Origin: Burkholderiaceae bacterium
Lineage (GTDB): Bacteria; Pseudomonadota; Gammaproteobacteria; Burkholderiales; Burkholderiaceae_B
Length of the DNA: 64,000 nucleotides
Direction: 5' to 3'
Assembly: GCA_030158305.1 (NCBI GenBank)
Contig: JAOATE010000031.1
Location: 30,570-94,569 of the forward strand
Part shown: positions 58,704-64,000 of the stretch, one piece after another
How the letters are laid out: each line of letters starts with the position of its first letter
Numbering within the stretch: position 1 is the first letter of the stretch
Program-made: the position numbers and the translations under genes
The notes under the pieces: generated by a model
The model's input: only the letters and a program-made list of their open reading frames with translations
What the model was told of the DNA's origin: nothing
The model's database searches: none

Positions 58704-60482
58704 TTAGAATGTGCGGGTCTTGGGCGGGAAGCTTTCGACTGTGAGTGGCTGCATCTGCACAGGCTTGTAATCGAGGCGATTGCCTTTCGAGTACCAGAGC
58801 GTGTGCTTGATCCAGTTGTCATCATCACGTGTCGGGAAATCATCCAGTGCATGCGCACCACGGCTTTCCGTACGTGCTGCAGCTGAGTGAATCGTCGAAC
58901 GCGCCACCTCAATCATGTTGCTCAATTCGAGCGCCTCAATACGGGCAGTATTAAAGACCTTGGACTTGTCTTGGAAAGCGATGTTATCGACTTTCTCGGC
59001 CAGGGCATCAATCTTTGCCACGCCTTCTTTGAGGGAAGCCATCGTACGGAACACGCCGCAATGCTGTTGCATAGCGTTACGGATTTCGTTACCGACAACC
59101 TGTGTCTTTTCACCCGTTTTACGCTGCTCAAGCTTGTTGACGCGCTCAAGTGAAAAGTCCACGGACTCTTGTGGCAATGGCTGATGTGCACGCTGACGCT
59201 CTGGGTGAGCGGCAACGATATGGTTACCGGCTGCACGACCAAACACAATCAGATCCAACAAGGAGTTGGTACCCAGTCGGTTTGCGCCGTGAACAGAAGT
59301 TGCCGAGCACTCACCAATTGCGTATAGACCATTGACGATCTTGGTCTGCTGGCCGTCCCATGTTGTGACTTGACCGTTGTAGTTACAGGGAATGCCGCCC
59401 ATCTGATAGTGGATGGTTGGAACAACGGGGATGGGCTCTTTGGTTGCGTCAACGTTCGCGAATTTGTGTCCGATTTCAAGAATCGAAGGCAAACGCTTGT
59501 TGATCACGTCGGCACCGAGGTGGTCGAGCTTGAGGTGGACGTAAGCGCCGTCCGGTCCGCAACCACGACCTTCCTTGATTTCCTGGTCCATACAACGCGA
59601 GATGAAGTCGCGCGGTGCCAAGTCTTTCAATGTAGGTGCATAACGCTCCATAAAGCGCTCGCCGTCCTTGTTGAGCAAGATACCGCCCTCGCCGCGAACA
59701 CCTTCAGTGATCAGCACGCCCGCACCGGCAACGCCAGTGGGGTGAAATTGCCAAAACTCCATGTCCATCATGGGGATGCCCGCACGAGCGGCCATGCCCA
59801 TTCCGTCGCCGGTATTAATAAAGGCGTTAGTCGACGCTGCCCAAATACGGCCCGCACCACCAGTCGCGATCACGGTTGTTTTGGCTTCGAAAATATAGAT
59901 CTCGCCAGTTTCCATCTCGAGGGCGGTCACGCCTAACACGTCACCTGCATCGTTGCGGATCAGGTCAAGCGCCATCCACTCAACGAAAAACTGGGTACGT
60001 GAAGCGACGTTGCGCTGATAGAGTGTGTGCAACAACGCATGACCGGTACGGTCAGCTGCAGCGCAAGCACGCTGAACGGGCTTTTCACCAAAGTTAGCGG
60101 TATGACCACCGAACGGACGCTGATAGATCGTACCGTCAGGGTTGCGGTCAAAAGGCATACCCATGTGCTCAAGCTCGTACACGGCATTGGGAGCTTCGCG
60201 ACACATGAATTCGATTGCATCTTGGTCGCCCAGCCAATCCGAACCCTTGACGGTATCGTACATGTGCCAGTACCAATTGTCTTCGCTCATGTTGCCTAAA
60301 GAGGCACCAATACCACCCTGCGCTGCCACGGTGTGCGAGCGAGTTGGAAAGACTTTTGAAAGCACTGCAACGGACAAGCCCGCGTTTGCGAGTTGAAGGG
60401 AGCAACGCATGCCGGCTCCACCGGCACCCACGACGACCACGTCAAATTGACGGCGCGGTAAAGTTGATTTGACAGCTGCCAC
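58704..60482 (-). CDS. sdhA: Succinate dehydrogenase flavoprotein
   Basis: GAGGAG, RSHTVAAQGG (covalent FAD His), QFHPTG, HGANRLG. Confidence 0.97.
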   Translation of the reverse strand: MAAVKSTLPRRQFDVVVVGAGGAGMRCSLQLANAGLSVAVLSKVFPTRSHTVAAQGGIGASLGNMSEDNWYWHMYDTVKGSDWLGDQDAIEFMCREAPNAVYELEHMGMPFDRNPDGTIYQRPFGGHTANFGEKPVQRACAAADRTGHALLHTLYQRNVASRTQFFVEWMALDLIRNDAGDVLGVTALEMETGEIYIFEAKTTVIATGGAGRIWAASTNAFINTGDGMGMAARAGIPMMDMEFWQFHPTGVAGAGVLITEGVRGEGGILLNKDGERFMERYAPTLKDLAPRDFISRCMDQEIKEGRGCGPDGAYVHLKLDHLGADVINKRLPSILEIGHKFANVDATKEPIPVVPTIHYQMGGIPCNYNGQVTTWDGQQTKIVNGLYAIGECSATSVHGANRLGTNSLLDLIVFGRAAGNHIVAAHPERQRAHQPLPQESVDFSLERVNKLEQRKTGEKTQVVGNEIRNAMQQHCGVFRTMASLKEGVAKIDALAEKVDNIAFQDKSKVFNTARIEALELSNMIEVARSTIHSAAARTESRGAHALDDFPTRDDDNWIKHTLWYSKGNRLDYKPVQMQPLTVESFPPKTRTF

Positions 60483-60485
60483 GGC

Positions 60486-60869
60486 TTAGTTTCTCCAGAG
60501 GATGTGTACAAAGTACACGACTGATCCGACCAACCAAAGAAGAGTCAGAACCAGTAAAAAAATACGAAGGCCTACGGGCTTGATGTAGTCCATCCAGATA
60601 TCGCGCACGCCAATCCAGGCGTGCCAAGCAAGCGAAAACATCGCGAGCGTGGCGAGGATCTGTCCCAAAGGCATAAAGAGCACGGTGAACGTGAAGAGGT
60701 TTTTCCAACCCTCGTAGTTGAAGCCAGACATCGTCAGGATGCCGACTAGCAACACCAGGGTGTAAACCGCGAGAATGATGGCGGTGACACGCTGGGCAAT
60801 GAACTCGCCCGTGCCGTAGTGCGCGCCGACCACCAAACGCTTAGGACCGATTTTTTCGACGGGAACCAT
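60486..60869 (-). CDS. sdhD: Succinate dehydrogenase membrane anchor
   Basis: QRVTA, HAWIGVRDIWMDY. Confidence 0.93.
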   Translation of the reverse strand: MVPVEKIGPKRLVVGAHYGTGEFIAQRVTAIILAVYTLVLLVGILTMSGFNYEGWKNLFTFTVLFMPLGQILATLAMFSLAWHAWIGVRDIWMDYIKPVGLRIFLLVLTLLWLVGSVVYFVHILWRN

Positions 60870-61279
60870 CACCACACTCCGAATAATTTGAGGCCAAAAA
60901 CCAGAGTGAGCGCCAAGCTCACACCCATGACAAGACTTGCGCTTTTAGCTGCAGATTCTTTATCCAATCCAATATGCAAATCCAGGATCAAGTAACGAAT
61001 GCCAGCACAGAAGTGATGCAAATAGCCCCAAATCAGGACCAAGAGAATCAACTTTACGATTGGGTGACCAATCACCATTGCGAGCGCATTGAACCCGGCT
61101 TGGCTAGCGAAACTCATTGCAAACAATGCAATCAGGAACGGCAAGCACAAAAAGAGCAAAGCGCCACTCACTCGGTGAAGAATGGAAACTTTTCCGGCCA
61201 TCGGCAAGCGATACTTCATCAAATCAGTAACGTTAATGTTACGGAATTGAGGACGCGGCTTGTTAGCTGTGTCAGACAT
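60869..61279 (-). CDS. sdhC: Succinate dehydrogenase cytochrome b556 subunit
   Basis: SILHRVSG, HHFCAGIRYL. Confidence 0.93.
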   Translation of the reverse strand: MSDTANKPRPQFRNINVTDLMKYRLPMAGKVSILHRVSGALLFLCLPFLIALFAMSFASQAGFNALAMVIGHPIVKLILLVLIWGYLHHFCAGIRYLILDLHIGLDKESAAKSASLVMGVSLALTLVFGLKLFGVW

Positions 61280-61369
61280 AACGACCTCGAACATAGAACA
61301 GTTGGATAAGAGAAAACACGTTATTTTCGCTCACGTAAAGAATGCGTGTAAAACGATAAAAAAAACCAA

Positions 61370-62140
61370 TTAATTCAAGCTATTACGATAATAATACTCA
61401 TTAGTCACATAATGACCGATACGTAATTCTACAGGACGGTTTCCATAGGTGAAGGAAATTCGCTCTACACAAAGTAGGGGTATTGAGGCAACCAAACCAA
61501 GGGCCTGAGCAATGTCGTGTGGTGCGGCTACAGCCCGCAGTTTTTCCTCTGCGCGCACCATGTTAATACCGAACTCAGACTCAAATAACCCATACAACGG
61601 ACCCGAATAGTCGTTCAATAAATCTGCGGTCAATCCCTTAAATAAGTTGCCGGGCAAATATATATCGTCAATCACCGTCGGCACACCAGAGAAAGACAAC
61701 ACGCGTCGAATCGCCACCACAGGATCGCCAGACTTGATCTCAAGGGCTCGAGCGATGTCTGCGTTAGCACGGATGCGCCGACAATCCAGCACTCTGCTTA
61801 GGGCTGGCTCAGGCTCACCTTCGGTGGGTGCCAATCTCAAAAATCTGAAGCGAACACGCGGCTCGAGATGCGTGGCAACAAAAGTGCCTTTGCCTTGTCG
61901 TCTCAACAGAATGTTTTGTGAAGCCAGTTCATCAATCGCTTTTCGCACCGTACCCTGGCTCACCTGAAAGCGCGCAGCCAGTTCGATTTCGCTTGGAATA
62001 GACTCACCAGGTTTCCACTCACCCGCATCCAGCGACTTGACCAGCAAAGATTTAATCTGCTGGTAAAGGGGGCTAAATGCAGCCGCCGAGTTCATGCCAG
62101 AGTCGGCTAAAGCGGCGCGGGAGCGAGAACTATCAGACAT
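61370..62140 (-). CDS. sdhR: GntR/HutC-family regulator of TCA genes (SdhR type)
   Basis: wHTH PLYQQI...PSEIELAARFQVSQGTVRKA plus a UTRA domain; conserved position between mdh and sdhC. Confidence 0.85.
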   Translation of the reverse strand: MSDSSRSRAALADSGMNSAAAFSPLYQQIKSLLVKSLDAGEWKPGESIPSEIELAARFQVSQGTVRKAIDELASQNILLRRQGKGTFVATHLEPRVRFRFLRLAPTEGEPEPALSRVLDCRRIRANADIARALEIKSGDPVVAIRRVLSFSGVPTVIDDIYLPGNLFKGLTADLLNDYSGPLYGLFESEFGINMVRAEEKLRAVAAPHDIAQALGLVASIPLLCVERISFTYGNRPVELRIGHYVTNEYYYRNSLN

Positions 62141-62200
62141 CGGAAAGGCTCAAGAAAATCATTCCCCATTGTGACATAAGGCGAAATGAAAGTCCACCAC

Positions 62201-62226
62201 TCTTCTGTCTTATATAAGATATAAGA
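62201..62226. promoter_or_regulatory. SdhR-type operator palindrome
   Basis: TCTTCTGTCTTATATAAGATATAAGA with a perfect core TCTTATATAAGA, in the divergent sdhR/mdh spacer. Two mismatches to the recalled betaproteobacterial consensus TCTTATGTCTTATATAAGACATAAGA. Confidence 0.75.
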
Positions 62227-62367
62227 TCATTGACGAATTGCGTGTATTTGCATTAGCATTTGAGGGTCAATTTTCTTGTGCTGAGCCGTGCGTATAAGAG
62301 GCCCACAAAAAAGCTAAACTCCATCATTACCCTTTTCACAATCCTCTCAGTTCTATCGGAGATCGTT

Positions 62368-63357
62368 ATGTCCAAACCCGCCATGCGTGTTGCGGTTACT
62401 GGTGCAGCAGGCCAGATCGGTTACGCCCTTTTGTTCCGTATCGCTTCAGGCGAAATGCTTGGCAAAGACCAGCCTGTTATTTTGCAACTGCTGGAAATTC
62501 CGGACGAAAAAGCCCAAAAAGCGCTCAAGGGCGTCATGATGGAGCTTGATGATTGCGCGTTTCCTTTGCTGCAATCCATGACTGCGCACAGCGATCCACT
62601 CGAGGCATTCAAAGACGTGGAAGTCGCCTTGCTGGTCGGTTCGCGTCCACGCGGTCCTGGCATGGAGCGCGCAGACCTGTTGGCTGTGAACGCAGCCATT
62701 TTCACCGCACAAGGTAAAGCGCTCGACGCAGTGGCAAACCGCAACGTCAAAGTGCTGGTTGTCGGCAACCCTGCCAACACCAATGCTTATATCGCAATGA
62801 AGTCTGCACCAAGCCTGCCAGCGAAAAACTTTACCGCCATGCTTCGCCTGGATCACAACCGTGCCTTGTCACAGTTGGCTTCAAAAATGGGCAAGCCAGT
62901 TGCAGAGATTCAAAAACTCGCAGTGTGGGGCAACCACTCACCTACTATGTATGCTGACTACCGTTTTGCCACCATTGGCGGACAGAGCGTAGAAAAACTG
63001 ATCAACGACGCAGCCTGGAACCGCGACGTGTTCTTGCCAACAGTCGGCAAGCGCGGCGCTGCCATCATTGAAGCGCGTGGTCTGTCTTCAGCCGCATCAG
63101 CCGCTAATGCCGCAATCGATCACGTGCGTGATTGGGTGTTGGGCACAAACGGCAAGTGGGTCACGATGGGCGTTCCTTCCGATGGGTCCTACGGCATTCC
63201 CGAAGGCATCATGTACGGCGTGCCCGTCACTTGCGAAGGTGGTGAATATCACCGCGTGACAGGTCTCGAAGTAGACGCGTTCTCGCGCGAGCGCATGGAC
63301 CTGACGCTTAAAGAGCTGACCGAAGAGCGCGACGCAGTCGCTCATTTGCTCAAGTAA
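62368..63357 (+). CDS. mdh: Malate dehydrogenase
   Basis: [33 protein letters not shown] 62368 follows GGAGA. Confidence 0.97.
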   Translation: MSKPAMRVAVTGAAGQIGYALLFRIASGEMLGKDQPVILQLLEIPDEKAQKALKGVMMELDDCAFPLLQSMTAHSDPLEAFKDVEVALLVGSRPRGPGMERADLLAVNAAIFTAQGKALDAVANRNVKVLVVGNPANTNAYIAMKSAPSLPAKNFTAMLRLDHNRALSQLASKMGKPVAEIQKLAVWGNHSPTMYADYRFATIGGQSVEKLINDAAWNRDVFLPTVGKRGAAIIEARGLSSAASAANAAIDHVRDWVLGTNGKWVTMGVPSDGSYGIPEGIMYGVPVTCEGGEYHRVTGLEVDAFSRERMDLTLKELTEERDAVAHLLK

Positions 63358-63367
63358 GCACCGAGTT

Positions 63368-63395
63368 AATGGGCCCCATAAGGGCCCATTTTTTT
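63368..63395 (+). terminator. Rho-independent terminator after mdh
   Basis: AATGGGCCC-CATAA-GGGCCCATT followed by a T run. Confidence 0.85.
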
Positions 63396-63440
63396 ATAAG
63401 ATCATTTTTCAAAAGATCAATATTCGTCACGGAGATCATG

Positions 63441-64000
63441 ATGTCCAAACAAGCCCCCGCTGGTCAACGGTTTCGCGAAGCACTCGCAGCCGAAAAGCCT
63501 CTGCAAATTATCGGCGCTATCAACGCCAACCACGCTCTGCTTGCCAAGCGCGCCGGCTTTAAGGCCATCTACCTCTCCGGTGGCGGCGTTGCAGCAGGTT
63601 CGTTGGGTCTGCCCGACTTAGGCATCAATACACTTGATGACGTACTCACAGATGTGCGCCGCATCACGGACGTCTGCGATACACCATTGATCGTCGATAT
63701 CGACACTGGCTTTGGTCCCTCAGCCTTTAACATCGCGCGCACCATTCAGAGCTTGAGCAAATTCGGCGCTGCTGGTTGCCACATCGAAGACCAAGTCGGC
63801 GCCAAGCGCTGTGGTCATCGCCCAGGTAAGGAAATCGTGTCGACCGAAGAAATGCGCGACCGCGTCAAGGCTGCGGCCGATGCACGCACAGATGACAGTT
63901 TCTACCTGATCGCCCGCACCGATGCGATCGCTTCGCATGGCGTGGACGCAGCGATTGAGCGTGCGATTGCCTGCGTTGAGGCGGGTGCGGATGCAATTTT
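63441..64000 (+). CDS. prpB: 2-methylisocitrate lyase (3'-truncated; not in the ORF track)
   Basis: Hand translation [29 protein letters not shown]...[18 protein letters not shown]...VDIDTGFG...HIEDQ...KRCGHRPGK. Confidence 0.93.
   Translation, partial: MSKQAPAGQRFREALAAEKPLQIIGAINANHALLAKRAGFKAIYLSGGGVAAGSLGLPDLGINTLDDVLTDVRRITDVCDTPLIVDIDTGFGPSAFNIARTIQSLSKFGAAGCHIEDQVGAKRCGHRPGKEIVSTEEMRDRVKAAADARTDDSFYLIARTDAIASHGVDAAIERAIACVEAGADAI

Noticed and set aside
1-64000. Mobile elements, prophage, tRNA/rRNA, integration scars
   Set aside because: No transposase, integrase or phage motifs, no long terminal repeats, no spacer with tRNA structure, and no obvious compositional break by eye.

Overview
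Chromosomal, non-mobile window from a betaproteobacterium (Burkholderiales; Alcaligenaceae-like by gene order and protein style, which is an inference). No rRNA, tRNA, CRISPR array, transposase or phage gene was seen. The right half (about 35-64 kb) is core genome: phaC-phaB-phaR, pgeF-rluD/bamD, a YoaA/DinG helicase, tex, trpS, zapE, lpdA-sucB-sucA, maeB, gltA-sdhE-sdhBADC, an SdhR-type GntR regulator, mdh and a partial prpB. The left half is accessory and holds three notable modules. (1) A light/UV island: an ATGA-coupled operon of three different photolyase/cryptochrome classes plus a DUF2256 mini-protein that the ORF track misses. It faces head-on a DUF393-folE-BLUF-MFS-pterin carbinolamine dehydratase run. 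(2) A non-canonical Sox-like operon, my best candidate for an undescribed system. A Tat-exported xanthine-oxidase-family molybdoenzyme (IorAB-like) is translationally coupled to soxX, a soxY paralog with an AAC-TEE arm instead of GGCGG, soxZ and a diheme soxA, with no soxB or soxCD in the window. (3) A cyanophycin locus (truncated CphA' plus full CphA, with a divergent Zn-ribbon ABC transporter and DUF1854) abutting the PHA genes. Cis elements read directly from the sequence include a probable sucA 5'-UTR RNA motif, an SdhR-type palindrome and several terminator hairpins. All family assignments come from motif recognition and recalled family knowledge; no database search was run.
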